Of a stretch of 64,000 nt of DNA, positions 26,817 to 36,882 are shown in pieces; position 1 is the stretch's first letter, and each line of letters begins with the position of its first letter. Under the pieces are notes generated by a model that saw nothing but the letters and a program-made list of their open reading frames with translations, did no database searches and had not been told where the DNA came from. The stretch lies in assembly GCA_965198315.1 (NCBI GenBank), contig OZ240616.1, positions 2,536,351 through 2,600,350 on the forward strand, read 5' to 3'. This stretch comes from Candidatus Aldehydirespiratoraceae bacterium. Its GTDB lineage: Bacteria > Actinomycetota > Acidimicrobiia > Acidimicrobiales > Aldehydirespiratoraceae. A program made the translations under genes and the position numbers.

Positions 26817-27949
26817 CGAGCAACCAGAAGATGCACATCCACTATCGTGACGAACTGCGCCTGTTCCCGAACCGGTTGAGGCGCTGCGCACTCGGAGTGC
26901 TGATTCTCGCTTGGGCCTTCATACCCGTGCTGTGGGATGTGCCTCCCTTCACGCTGCTCAGCGGGAACGGGATTTCGCTGAACACGCTGGCGTACGCAGG
27001 AGTCTTCTCGATCGCGGCCATCGGACTCAACCTGCTCACCGGTTACACCGGTCAGGTCTCACTCGGGCACTCGGTTTTCTTGGCCGTCGGCGCCTACAGC
27101 ACGGCATACGTGAGCTCTGTCTGGGGTTGGCCGATGTGGCTCTGGATATTGTTCGCACCGGCCATGGGGTGGCTCGTCGGTGCCGCGGTCGGCCCTTTCG
27201 CGCTTCGTCTCCGAGGCAACTACCTGGTGATTGTGACTCTCGGCCTGGTGTTCATCGGTGAGCATATTTTCAGGAACTGGAAGAGCGTCACCGGCGGCAA
27301 TACCGGCACCTCGGCCGCCGGTGTTGAAGTCAAACTGGGTTTCATCGACTTCGAGAATTTGAGCCTGTTCGGCAAGTCTTTCGGCAAGGACGAAAGCTAT
27401 TTCTGGCTGATCTGGTTCGTGGTCGCGCTGGTCGCGTGGTTGACAAAGAATGTCGTGCGGACACGTCCCGGCAGGGCGCTACAGGCGGTGCGCGACCGAG
27501 ACATCGCCGCGGAGATCATCGGGATCGATGTCGGCATCACCGGCTACAAGACCCAAGCGTTCGCCTGGTCGTCCGCTATAGCAGCTTTGGCGGGTGCGCT
27601 GTATGCCCCGCTCCAACTCTTCATCAGTCCGGGCGATTTCACTCTGCTGGTTTCCATCCAGTTCATTGCGATGATCATCCTGGGGGGGATGGGCACGATC
27701 TATGGATCGATCATCGGTGCGCTGGTGATCACGGCTTTGCCACGACTCATCGACGGCATTTCGGCGGACTACGGTGTACCCGGAGTGGCAGCCAAGAGCA
27801 CAGACTCTGGTCTCGTGTCTGTTGCTTCGCTTAATGTGATCATTTACGGGTTCCTCATCGCCTTGTTCTTATTAGTGGAGCACCGGGGGCTGGCTGGAAT
27901 CTGGGTTCGAATCCGCAACTATTTCTCAACTTGGCCCTTCTCATACTGA
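26813..27949 (+). CDS. Liv-type ABC transporter permease (LivM-like)
   Basis: Polytopic. GLNLLTGYTGQVSLGH is the LivM hallmark. ATGA overlap with the upstream gene. Confidence 0.85.
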   Translation: MTSNQKMHIHYRDELRLFPNRLRRCALGVLILAWAFIPVLWDVPPFTLLSGNGISLNTLAYAGVFSIAAIGLNLLTGYTGQVSLGHSVFLAVGAYSTAYVSSVWGWPMWLWILFAPAMGWLVGAAVGPFALRLRGNYLVIVTLGLVFIGEHIFRNWKSVTGGNTGTSAAGVEVKLGFIDFENLSLFGKSFGKDESYFWLIWFVVALVAWLTKNVVRTRPGRALQAVRDRDIAAEIIGIDVGITGYKTQAFAWSSAIAALAGALYAPLQLFISPGDFTLLVSIQFIAMIILGGMGTIYGSIIGALVITALPRLIDGISADYGVPGVAAKSTDSGLVSVASLNVIIYGFLIALFLLVEHRGLAGIWVRIRNYFSTWPFSY

Positions 27950-27978
27950 GATTCGCCACCAAATCCCATGGAGGGGAT

Positions 27979-29397
27979 ATGAACAAGAAACAATGGTTCC
28001 GATTGTTGGCGCTGCTGTTGACGGCCACGCTGTTCGCCGCGGCCTGTGGCGACGACGACGGAGAATCGACTGCTCCCGACGACGGTGACGACATGGCAGA
28101 CGACGACGCCGACGACGGTGACGACATGGCCGCCGAGGACGACGCCGCCGACGACGGTGACGACATGGCAGACGACGCCGCCGACGACGGTGACGACATG
28201 GCAGATGACGACACCGCAGACGATGACGACATGGCAGAGGAACTCGCCGAAGGTCCCGGTTTCGACGGGTCCACCATCAACGTCGGCGTGATCTCTGACC
28301 TGTCCGGCCCGGCTGCGATCATCGGCAATCCGCTCACCGCTGGTGGTCAGGTCTATTACGACTACATCAACAGCCAGGGCGGCGTTGCAGGCCAGTACCT
28401 GATCGAGACGGTTGAGGTCGACCATCAGTACAACCCGGCGACCGCGGTGCAGGTATACAACGACATCAAAGACGATGTCGTAATCCTCGGCCAACTGTTC
28501 GGCACGCCGATCACCAATGCGGTGCTCGAGTCTCTCAAAGAGGACGGCCTCGTGGCTGCTCCCGCCTCGCTTGATGCATTCTGGGTCCGTGAGCAGAATC
28601 TTCTGCCGATCGGCGGGCCCTATCAGATCCAGGCGATCAACGGGTTTGACTGGTGGATTAACGAGGGCGGCGGCAACGTTGACCAAGTCTATTGCTCGTT
28701 CATCCAGGACGACCCCTACGGCGAAGCGGGTCAAGAAGGGCTTGAGTTCGCCGCGGAGAATCTCGGATTCACTGTCACTGAGGTCGCCCGTTACGTCTCG
28801 GGCGACACCGACTTCTCTGCTCAGATCCAACAGTTGCAAGGAGCCGGATGTGAGGTGGTGTTCTTGGTGACACTGCCATCGGTCACCGGTGGTGCGCTGG
28901 GTACCGCAGCCGCGAGCGAATTCGCGCCGCAGTGGATCGGCGTCTCTCCAACCTGGATCAACGCCTTGGCCGGGAGCGGGCTAGCACCGTACTTGCAGGC
29001 CTACTTCGTGGTTGTGGCTGAGGGCTCAACCTGGGGTGACGAGAGTGTGCCTGGCATGACAACAATGATTGAACGGCTCGAAGAGTTCGCTCCAGATCAG
29101 GCACCCGACTACTACTTCGCCTTCGGTTACCTGCAGGCCCACGCGGTGGTGCAGGTGCTCGAGGCTGCGGTCGCGAACGGCGATCTGAGTCGCGAGGGCA
29201 TTGTCGAAGCGCTGAACAGTCTGGGCACGGTTTCCTTCGAGGGACTCAGCGGTGATTATTTCTACGGGACGCCCGACCAGAGGATCCCGAGCACCGAGAA
29301 CACAATCTTCGTTGTGAACCCTGAGGTTCCCAACGGAGTTGAAGCTGTCGCCATCGGCTACAAGTCGTCCTTCGCCGATGAGTTCGTGTTCGACTGA
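27979..29397 (+). CDS. Type-1 periplasmic-binding-fold substrate-binding lipoprotein of the Liv-type transporter, with acidic repeat linker
   Basis: RBS ggagggg, then ATG at 27979. Signal plus lipobox LFAAAC-G, a roughly 70-aa Asp-rich linker, and then a LivJ/K-like domain (INVGVISDLSGPAA...). Confidence 0.85.
   Translation: MNKKQWFRLLALLLTATLFAAACGDDDGESTAPDDGDDMADDDADDGDDMAAEDDAADDGDDMADDAADDGDDMADDDTADDDDMAEELAEGPGFDGSTINVGVISDLSGPAAIIGNPLTAGGQVYYDYINSQGGVAGQYLIETVEVDHQYNPATAVQVYNDIKDDVVILGQLFGTPITNAVLESLKEDGLVAAPASLDAFWVREQNLLPIGGPYQIQAINGFDWWINEGGGNVDQVYCSFIQDDPYGEAGQEGLEFAAENLGFTVTEVARYVSGDTDFSAQIQQLQGAGCEVVFLVTLPSVTGGALGTAAASEFAPQWIGVSPTWINALAGSGLAPYLQAYFVVVAEGSTWGDESVPGMTTMIERLEEFAPDQAPDYYFAFGYLQAHAVVQVLEAAVANGDLSREGIVEALNSLGTVSFEGLSGDYFYGTPDQRIPSTENTIFVVNPEVPNGVEAVAIGYKSSFADEFVFD
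28078..28235 (+). repeat. Imperfect in-frame tandem repeat (33-39 nt period) encoding DDGDDMA(D/A) units
   Basis: gacgacggtgacgacatggc recurs at about 28078, 28111, 28150 and 28183. Confidence 0.8.
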
Positions 29398-29427
29398 GCT
29401 GCTTTTCTCCTGACTCTCAATCGTCCA

Positions 29428-29470
29428 CTGCCCCGCCCGTTCAGCAAGAGCGGGCGGGGCAGGGCGGTTT
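29428..29470 (+). terminator. Rho-independent-type terminator after the binding-protein gene
   Basis: A perfect 12-bp GC-rich stem CTGCCCCGCCCG / CGGGCGGGGCAG with an 11-nt loop is followed by GGCGGTTT. Confidence 0.6.
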
Positions 29471-29541
29471 CCGTGGGCAGTGCGCGGTTTCCTGGACGGT
29501 AAGTTGATCACTAAGATATTACCGGATAGCGTCGCGGGGTC

Positions 29542-31188
29542 ATGCCACACGTACCTTTGGCGTCGCCGCTTCGCTCGACGCTGGACACCAACGATCCGCA
29601 GTTCGAGCAGAACACTCGAGACATGCGCGAACAACTCGACATCATCTCCGAACTGCTTGATGAAGCCGAAGCCGGGGGCGGTCCCGAGCGTATGGCAAGG
29701 CTGCGGTCCCGTCAGAAACTCCCCATACGCGAGCGGATCGCCAACGTAATCGATCCAGACAGTCCGTTCCTCGAGATCAGCCCCCTCGCGGCCTACCAAT
29801 CCGACTACGCCATGGGCGGCGGAATGGTCGTCGGGATCGGGGTCATCGCCGGGACCGAATGTGTGATCATGGGCAACGACCCGACGGTTCTAGCAGGTGC
29901 CCTCACCCCCTACGCATCCAAGAAATGGAATCGCGCGCTTGAGATTTCGCGCGACAACCACATGCCCTATGTGAGCTTTGTGGAATCCGCCGGCGGAGAC
30001 CTCCGAATCCAACCTGGGGAGGGCAGCAACAGGCGCTTCCTCCAAACCGATCATTTCGCCGAGAGCGGACGCTTCTTCTACGAAATGATCGAGCTCTCAA
30101 AGATGAGGATCCCCACCGTTTGCGTCGTATTCGGATCGTCGACCGCCGGCGGTGCCTACCAACCAGGACTCTCTGACTACACGATCATGGTCAAGGACCA
30201 GTCAAAGATGTTTCTTGGTGGTCCCCCGCTGGTGAAGATGGCCACCGGTGAGATCTCCGACGACGAGACACTCGGCGGCGCAGAGATGCACACCACGGTC
30301 TCCGGTGGAGGGGACTACTTCGCCCAAGACGAGATGGATGCGCTGCGAATGTGTCGAGAGGTCATCTCACATCTCAACATCCGCAAGGCCGGCCCGGAGC
30401 CCAGCTTCCCCCCGGACCCGCCGATCTATGAACAAGATGAGTTGCTGGGGATCGTCAGCCGTGATCTGGTGAAACCTGTCGATGTGCGAGACATCATCGC
30501 CCGGACCGTAGACGGTTCACGTTTCGAAGAATTCAAACCCCGCTGGGGCAGCACCTTGGTGTGCGGCTGGGCATCAATCCACGGATATCCGCTCGGGATC
30601 CTCGGCAACAACGGTGTGCTCTACCCCGACTCAGCTCAAAAGGGCGCTCACTTCATACAGTTGTGCAACCAGATCGACGTGCCTCTTCTGTTCCTGCAGA
30701 ACATCACGGGATACATGGTCGGCAAGGACTTCGAAGCGGACGGGATCATCAAGAAGGGCTCCCAGATGCTCAACGCGGTCACCAACTCGACCGTGCCGCA
30801 CATCACCGTGATCGTCGGATCGAGCTACGGTGCGGGAACCTACGGCATGTCGGGCCGGGCATTCGGGAACCGTTTCACCTTCCTGTGGCCGACCGCCAAG
30901 ATCGCGGTGATGGGCCCGAAGCAGATTGCGGGCGTGATGTCGGATGTGCGTCGGGGCCAGGCGAAGCGACTGGGCCAGGAATTCGATGAAGAGGCTGACG
31001 CCGAGACGGTAGCCGCGGTTGAAGCCACCCAGGAACGGGGTTCACTTGCTCTACGGGCCACCGGCGCCATCAGCGACGACGGGATAATCGACCCCCGAGA
31101 CACCCGCCATGTGCTCGGCATGTGCCTTTCTGCGGCGAGCAACCGGACTGTCGAGGGGGCAGCAGCATACGGAGTGTTCCGGCTATGA
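29542..31188 (+). CDS. Acyl-CoA carboxylase carboxyltransferase (beta) subunit, methylcrotonyl-/geranyl-CoA carboxylase type (LiuB/AtuC-like)
   Basis: 548 aa. KLPIRERIANVIDPDSPFLEISPLAA, the SAGGD... and GGAYQP regions, and YGVFRL at the C-terminus. Confidence 0.9.
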   Translation: MPHVPLASPLRSTLDTNDPQFEQNTRDMREQLDIISELLDEAEAGGGPERMARLRSRQKLPIRERIANVIDPDSPFLEISPLAAYQSDYAMGGGMVVGIGVIAGTECVIMGNDPTVLAGALTPYASKKWNRALEISRDNHMPYVSFVESAGGDLRIQPGEGSNRRFLQTDHFAESGRFFYEMIELSKMRIPTVCVVFGSSTAGGAYQPGLSDYTIMVKDQSKMFLGGPPLVKMATGEISDDETLGGAEMHTTVSGGGDYFAQDEMDALRMCREVISHLNIRKAGPEPSFPPDPPIYEQDELLGIVSRDLVKPVDVRDIIARTVDGSRFEEFKPRWGSTLVCGWASIHGYPLGILGNNGVLYPDSAQKGAHFIQLCNQIDVPLLFLQNITGYMVGKDFEADGIIKKGSQMLNAVTNSTVPHITVIVGSSYGAGTYGMSGRAFGNRFTFLWPTAKIAVMGPKQIAGVMSDVRRGQAKRLGQEFDEEADAETVAAVEATQERGSLALRATGAISDDGIIDPRDTRHVLGMCLSAASNRTVEGAAAYGVFRL

Positions 31189-33179
31189 GCCGTTTCGACA
31201 CCTTGTTGGTAGCCAACCGCGGCGAAATCGCTTGCCGGGTGATCCGCTCAGCTTCGGCGATGGGTATACGCACTGTGTCGGTTTTTGTTGAGTCTGACGC
31301 AGACGCCCTCCATGTCGCCCGAGCCGACGAGGCTGTGCGCATCGGCAGTTACCTGGATAGCGAGCAGATACTTGCTGCAGCGCGGCTTACCGGCGCAAGC
31401 GCAGTTCATCCCGGCTACGGATTCCTGGCCGAAAACGCCTCCTTTGCGAGAGCCGTTCTGGAAGGCGGTCTTGTCTGGGTTGGCCCCTCGCCTGAGGTCA
31501 TCGCTTTGATGGGCGACAAAATCACGGCCAAGAAGCTGGCGTTTGAAACCGGAGTACCCGTGCTCAAGTCAAGCGACGAGCCCAGCGAATTCGGCTCGCT
31601 GGGCTTTCCTATTCTGATCAAGGCTGCTGCTGGAGGGGGCGGCAAAGGCATGCGGGTGGTCGAGTCCGCTGCCGAACTCGACGAAGCAGTGGCAGCGGCT
31701 CGTCGCGAAGCGCTGTCCGGGTTTGGTGATGATCGTGTGTTTGCAGAGCGCTATGTCTCCAGCGCACGTCACATCGAGATTCAAGTCCTGGGCGACAAGC
31801 ACGGAAACCTGCTGCACTTCGGCGAACGCGAGTGCAGCATTCAACGTCGCCATCAAAAGATCATTGAGGAGTCTCCCTCTCCCTTCGTCAGCGAAGAGAT
31901 GCGTGCGGCCATGGGGAAAGCGGCGGTGGGTTTGGCCCAAGCTTTGGCTTACGAATCGGCAGGCACGGTCGAGTTTCTAGTTGACGATGAATCTGGGGAC
32001 TTCTTCTTTTTGGAAGTCAACACTCGCTTGCAAGTTGAGCACCCTGTTACCGAAGAGGTGACCGGTATCGACTTGGTCAAAGAACAGTTGCGAGTTGCTC
32101 AAGGCGAAGCTCTGGGTTACTCCGGCAGCAACATTTCGTTTGCCGGTCATGCGATTGAGGCTCGTCTTTATTCCGAAGACCCGAACAACGACTTTCTCCC
32201 TGCCACTGGTGTCCTGGAGGTCTTCGAACCGGCCTCAGACCCAGCGGTCCGTTACGACACCGGTGTGGCAACAGGCTCGACGATCACCCCTGAATTCGAT
32301 CCCATGATCGCCAAGGTCATAGCGCACGCCAGAACACGAACCGACGCAGCGGGTCTGTTGGCGTTGGCACTTGAGCGTCTGCAGATTGGAGGGGTTGTCA
32401 CCAACCGAGATTTTCTGGCTGCCACGCTTCGCTCCCCTGATTTTCTCGCGGGTAACACCACAACCGATTTCATCGAGCGCTTCACTCCTGCGCGAACGCG
32501 CCCACTCGAAGAGGACGAGAAGCAGCTCCTGGCCACGGCAGCGGCTATGTGGTTACAGCATGACAACCGCACCAAAACGAGCGTCTTGACCTCGCTGCCA
32601 TCAGGTTTTCGGATTGGACGCTTGGCTCGCGAGCGTGTTGCGCTGCGAATTGCTGAGACGGAGTTGACAGTGCACTACTCCCCCGACCGAAGCGGTGGGT
32701 TCGTACTCGGCTCGGCTGGTGACGACGGGGTGGCGTGCGTACAGGGTTGGTCTGATCGCCACATCGACGTCGAGGTTGATTCTCGACGACGCCGCTACGC
32801 GGTGGCGCGTCATGGTCATAATCTCTACCTGACAGGCGTGGGCGGAGGGGCTCGAATCGAAGTACTCCCCAGATTCCCAATACCTGAACCTACCGCTGTT
32901 GGCGGTGCTGTGGTTGCGCCCATGCCGGGCAAGGTGATCGAACTTCGAGTAAATGTGGGCGACCTAGTGGAGGCTCAACAGGTAGTCGCGGTGATTGAGG
33001 CTATGAAGATGGAAAACCATCTGCGAGCTTCCGAGGCGGGTACGGTCACCGAAATCCTGGTTTCGGTAGGCGAGCAAATCGAAAAAGACGTTCTGCTGAT
33101 GGTGATAGAAGCTGTGTTGTCGCCGGGCGTAGCCGGAGCCCCGAAAACTGGGGAGCCTTCGGGAGGGCTGGATGGCTGA
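31185..33179 (+). CDS. Acyl-CoA carboxylase alpha subunit (biotin carboxylase + BCCP; LiuD/AtuF-like)
   Basis: MSRFDTLLVANRGEIACRVIRS, an ATP-grasp region, and the biotinyl-lysine motif EAMKMEN. ATGA overlap with the beta subunit stop. Confidence 0.9.
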   Translation: MSRFDTLLVANRGEIACRVIRSASAMGIRTVSVFVESDADALHVARADEAVRIGSYLDSEQILAAARLTGASAVHPGYGFLAENASFARAVLEGGLVWVGPSPEVIALMGDKITAKKLAFETGVPVLKSSDEPSEFGSLGFPILIKAAAGGGGKGMRVVESAAELDEAVAAARREALSGFGDDRVFAERYVSSARHIEIQVLGDKHGNLLHFGERECSIQRRHQKIIEESPSPFVSEEMRAAMGKAAVGLAQALAYESAGTVEFLVDDESGDFFFLEVNTRLQVEHPVTEEVTGIDLVKEQLRVAQGEALGYSGSNISFAGHAIEARLYSEDPNNDFLPATGVLEVFEPASDPAVRYDTGVATGSTITPEFDPMIAKVIAHARTRTDAAGLLALALERLQIGGVVTNRDFLAATLRSPDFLAGNTTTDFIERFTPARTRPLEEDEKQLLATAAAMWLQHDNRTKTSVLTSLPSGFRIGRLARERVALRIAETELTVHYSPDRSGGFVLGSAGDDGVACVQGWSDRHIDVEVDSRRRRYAVARHGHNLYLTGVGGGARIEVLPRFPIPEPTAVGGAVVAPMPGKVIELRVNVGDLVEAQQVVAVIEAMKMENHLRASEAGTVTEILVSVGEQIEKDVLLMVIEAVLSPGVAGAPKTGEPSGGLDG

Positions 33180-34959
33180 GCCGATTCGGATTGCGAATTG
33201 CAGTGGGTTTTATGGGGACCGGCTGAGCGCTGCGGCAGAAATGGTTGAGGGCGGGCCAATCGATGCGCTCACGGGCGACTGGCTAGCCGAGTTGACCATG
33301 CTGATTCTGGCCCGCACACAAGCGAAGCGCCCCGGAACGGGGTTTGCCCGTACCTTCATACGTCAAATGGAACAAGTGATGGGCAACTGCATTGAGTCGG
33401 GCATCAAGGTCGTCTCGAACGCAGGAGGACTCGATCCCTTCCATTGTGCAGAGGCGGTTGCCGAAGTGGCTGACAAGTTGGGCCTGTCCCCCAGCATCGC
33501 TTATGTCGAAGGCGACAACCTTCTTCCTCGCCTCGATGAACTGAAGACAGCCGGGGTCGATCTGCTAGATCTCGAGACTGGACAACCAGTAGCGGACATT
33601 GACTACATCTCTGCCAACGCCTACCTCGGCTGCTGGGGCATTGTTGAGGCGCTCAACCGTGGTGCCGACATTGTTGTCACCGGACGTACCACCGATGCCG
33701 CGATTGTTTGCGGGCCCGCGGCCTGGCATCACAAATGGGCGCGTGACGACCTTGATGCAATGGCTGGAGCGGTCGTCGCAGGTCATGTCATCGAGTGCGG
33801 AACTCAGGCAACTGGTGGCAACTACTCCTTCTTTGAGGAAATTGATGGACTCGAATATCTCGGTTTCCCCTTTGCAGATATTGCCGCGGATGGATCGTCG
33901 GTGATCGGCAAACATCCCGGAACTGGGGGCAATGTCACCATTGGCACCATCACCAGCCAACTGCTCTACGAAATTGGTGCCCCGGGCTATCTCGGCCCGG
34001 ACGTGACCAGCCGCTTCGACACAATAGAACTCGACACTGTTGGACGGGATCGTGTCCGCATCTCAGGAGTGCGAGGAGAAGAACCGCCCGAGACCTTGAA
34101 GGTCTCGATGAACTCCTGGGGAGGCTTTCGAAGCGACCTGGCAATTGCTTTGACCGGTGTCGACATAGACGCCAAAGCAGATCTCGTAGAACGGGCCTTC
34201 TGGCGCAACTGCCAACATCAACCAGAGGACTTTGCAAGCGTCACGACCGCTGTTGTACGCACCGACAAAGACGACCCGGCGACCAACGAAGAAGCTGTGG
34301 CCTCCTGGCGCATCACCGTAAAAGACCCGGATCAACGAAAAACCACTGCAATCGGCTCCGCAATGAATGACATGGCACTGGCCAGCATCCCAGGGTTCTT
34401 CGGCTTGAAAACGGGCGGGTTGGGCAAACCCTTCGGCGTTCACACCTCGGGACTCGTGCCGCGTGATCTGGTACCGCAACATGTTGTGCTACTAGGCGAG
34501 GGCCGCACGGTCATTGACTCTGATGCTCCGTCATCGGGGCCTTCGGTCACCCCGGCCGTCCCGCATATCCCGGCGCCGCCCAACGGCGAGACAATGCGGC
34601 TTCCGCTCGGCGCACTCGTAGGGACGCGTTCCGGGGACAAAGGCGGAAACGCCAACGTGGGCATCTTCGTTCGTTCTGCGGAGGCATATGGCTGGTTGGA
34701 AGACTTCCTTACCATCGACCGACTGCGGCAACTCATGCCGGAGGCTGCCAACGTTCAGATCGAACGCTTCGTCCTGCCGAACATCTTGTCGATCAACTTT
34801 GTGATACACGGCATTCTCCAAGAGGGTGTGGCCTCCTCGACCCGTCAAGACGCCCAAGCCAAGGGATTGGGCGAATGGCTCCGGGCTCGGTATGTCGACA
34901 TCCCCAAGTCGCTGTTGCAAGAGGCTGAACAGACCAAAAGAGCAGGCGATGGACTTTGA
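33172..34959 (+). CDS. AtuA-like protein (DUF1446, acyclic terpene utilisation family)
   Basis: IRIANCSGFYGDRLSAAAEMVEGGPIDALTGDWLAELTM is the characteristic DUF1446 N-terminus. 595 aa, overlapping both neighbours. Confidence 0.8.
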   Translation: MAEPIRIANCSGFYGDRLSAAAEMVEGGPIDALTGDWLAELTMLILARTQAKRPGTGFARTFIRQMEQVMGNCIESGIKVVSNAGGLDPFHCAEAVAEVADKLGLSPSIAYVEGDNLLPRLDELKTAGVDLLDLETGQPVADIDYISANAYLGCWGIVEALNRGADIVVTGRTTDAAIVCGPAAWHHKWARDDLDAMAGAVVAGHVIECGTQATGGNYSFFEEIDGLEYLGFPFADIAADGSSVIGKHPGTGGNVTIGTITSQLLYEIGAPGYLGPDVTSRFDTIELDTVGRDRVRISGVRGEEPPETLKVSMNSWGGFRSDLAIALTGVDIDAKADLVERAFWRNCQHQPEDFASVTTAVVRTDKDDPATNEEAVASWRITVKDPDQRKTTAIGSAMNDMALASIPGFFGLKTGGLGKPFGVHTSGLVPRDLVPQHVVLLGEGRTVIDSDAPSSGPSVTPAVPHIPAPPNGETMRLPLGALVGTRSGDKGGNANVGIFVRSAEAYGWLEDFLTIDRLRQLMPEAANVQIERFVLPNILSINFVIHGILQEGVASSTRQDAQAKGLGEWLRARYVDIPKSLLQEAEQTKRAGDGL

Positions 34960-36169
34960 TTTCCCACCCGACGACGATCCCCGACGCCTCGAGGTTCGAG
35001 AATGGCTTGACCAGAACCCCAGTCCATCTCCCGAACAACTCCTTGAGCGAGGTCTGATCGTCCCCCACTGGCCAGCGCCATACGGACTCAGCGCAGACCC
35101 GATGCAGCAGATCATCATCGACGAGGAGTTGCGACGAGCCCAGGTCAGGCGCCCCGACAACCCGATCGGGATTGGTTGGGCCGGACCCACGATCCTCGCG
35201 GCCGGAACTGACGAGCAAAAGGCTCGGTTCCTTCCCGGCCTGTTGACGGGCGAAGACATCTACTGCCAAATGTTCTCGGAACCCGATGCCGGCTCTGATT
35301 TGGCCTCCCTTTCCACCACCGCGGTGCGCGACGGAGACGAGTACGTCGTCAACGGTTCCAAAATTTGGACCAGTGGTGGCCATTACTCCAAGTACGGCAT
35401 TCTCATCGCCCGAACTGATCCTCATGTCGCCAAGCACAAGGGCATCTCCTATTTCATCTGCCCGACTGATCTCAGTGGACTGACGATGGCACCCATCGCC
35501 GACATGACCACCGCCCATGCCTTCAACCAAACGTTCTTTGACGATGTGCGCATCGATGCAGCGAACCGCATTGGTGATGAGAACGATGGCTGGCGGCTAG
35601 CCAAAGTGACCCTGGCCAACGAACGAGTTTCTCTCAGCTCCGCCGGTTCACTGTGGGGTGCCGGCCCGACTGCAGAAATGTTGATCGATTTGATACAGCG
35701 CAACGGCGGATTAGCAGATCCGGTGATGCGTCAGCGGGCAGCAGCGCTGCACGTTGAAGCCGAGGTGCTGCGTCTCAACCGCTTGCGCACGCTCAGTGCC
35801 CGTCTCAACGCCAGAACCCCGGGTCCAGAAGCCTCAATCCAGAAGATCATGGGCGATGAACATGGTCAGCATGTCTTGGAGTTGGCCAAAGATCTTTCGG
35901 GAACTGCCGGTCTATTGGAGGGGTCGGGTCCGGTCGGCGAGATACCCCCGAGTATGCGCGGCGGAGCCACCGAGGTGAATTTCGAACATGAGCAGATCCC
36001 GGGGGTGGATCGAATCTGGCACTACGGCTTTCTTTTTTCACCGGCCTTGACTCTGGGCGGAGGGACCTTCGCTGTACAGCGCAACATTGTGGCTGAGATG
36101 GTCTTGGGCCTCCCCCGCGAGCCCAACGTAGAAAAGGGAAAGACCTGGGCGGAGACGAGGCGCAAATGA
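34949..36169 (+). CDS. Acyl-CoA dehydrogenase
   Basis: CQMFSEPDAGSDLASL, NGSKIWTSGG, and the C-terminal GGTFAVQRNIVAE. I chose the ATG at 34949, an 11-nt overlap with the atuA-like stop. Confidence 0.85.
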   Translation: MDFDFPPDDDPRRLEVREWLDQNPSPSPEQLLERGLIVPHWPAPYGLSADPMQQIIIDEELRRAQVRRPDNPIGIGWAGPTILAAGTDEQKARFLPGLLTGEDIYCQMFSEPDAGSDLASLSTTAVRDGDEYVVNGSKIWTSGGHYSKYGILIARTDPHVAKHKGISYFICPTDLSGLTMAPIADMTTAHAFNQTFFDDVRIDAANRIGDENDGWRLAKVTLANERVSLSSAGSLWGAGPTAEMLIDLIQRNGGLADPVMRQRAAALHVEAEVLRLNRLRTLSARLNARTPGPEASIQKIMGDEHGQHVLELAKDLSGTAGLLEGSGPVGEIPPSMRGGATEVNFEHEQIPGVDRIWHYGFLFSPALTLGGGTFAVQRNIVAEMVLGLPREPNVEKGKTWAETRRK

Positions 36170-36882
36170 CAGCAGTCGAGACTCCGGTGAGCGACCTCGA
36201 GCGTCGGATTCGCCTTGTACGAGGACCCAAGCCGAAGTTGTCCCGAGAGCGAAGCGGAATGCTCACCCCCCGCCAGCGTGAGATCCTCGACGAGCTGACG
36301 GAACTGGTACGTGACGGTTTCAGCCATCTCACCATGGCCGATCTTGCGACGAAGTTGAACTGTTCTCTGCGCACCCTCTACGGCTTGGCGGACAGTCGTG
36401 GCGAGTTGGTGTTGATGGCCACAGATCGCAATCTCTGGAACATCGGAAGAGGGGCCACCAAGGCACTCACTCAACAGTCCTACAGACCTCTTGAAGCCAT
36501 TCGCGTCTATCTTCTGGCAGCCAATGTTGCGGTGTCGCGCACCACCCCAGCGTTCGCCCGCGACCTCAACGCGATCGTTGGTGGACCGGAACTGTTTGCT
36601 GCACACAACAACTATCTGGTCGATGTGACTCGGGAACTACTTGACATGGCTGTCGAACAGGGTGAGATAGCCGCGATAAACACCGCTGTCGTGGCCCGGG
36701 CACTGGCAGGCCTCGGCCGTCAATTCAGCGAACCAGAAGTGGTTGCCGAGTTGACGGTGTCGCCCAAAGATGCCGCTGATCAGGTGCTGGACATAATGCT
36801 GAACGGTCTGATTCAAGGTTCTGTGGCCTGTGGCCTCGTCACCGGCGAAAGCACACAACAGGAGCATCATGCACGTCTCTGA
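36166..36882 (+). CDS. TetR-like transcriptional regulator
   Basis: HTH-like GFSHLTMADLATKLNCSLRTLYGLADSRGEL about 40 aa from the N-terminus. ATGA overlap with the dehydrogenase stop. Confidence 0.6.
   Translation: MTAVETPVSDLERRIRLVRGPKPKLSRERSGMLTPRQREILDELTELVRDGFSHLTMADLATKLNCSLRTLYGLADSRGELVLMATDRNLWNIGRGATKALTQQSYRPLEAIRVYLLAANVAVSRTTPAFARDLNAIVGGPELFAAHNNYLVDVTRELLDMAVEQGEIAAINTAVVARALAGLGRQFSEPEVVAELTVSPKDAADQVLDIMLNGLIQGSVACGLVTGESTQQEHHARL

Noticed and set aside
27904-27914. GGTTCGAATCC, the canonical tRNA T-loop string
   Set aside because: The flanking sequence cannot form a T-stem, acceptor stem or anticodon arm. The string lies in frame inside the LivM-like permease (..AGIWVRIRNYF..).
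27855-28839. Minus-strand ORFs of 160 aa and 306 aa opposite the binding-protein gene, one with striking SSA/MSSPSS repeats
   Set aside because: They mirror the in-frame Asp-rich repeat on the plus strand. The plus-strand gene has an RBS, a signal peptide, a lipobox and a recognisable binding-protein fold.
34531-35530. Long antisense ORFs (242 and 245 aa here). Similar ones occur at 17055-17816, 18287-19033, 19424-20257, 25518-26219, 29026-29799 and 56889-57716
   Set aside because: All lie opposite genes with clear family motifs and lack motifs themselves. They are shadow ORFs expected at this GC content.
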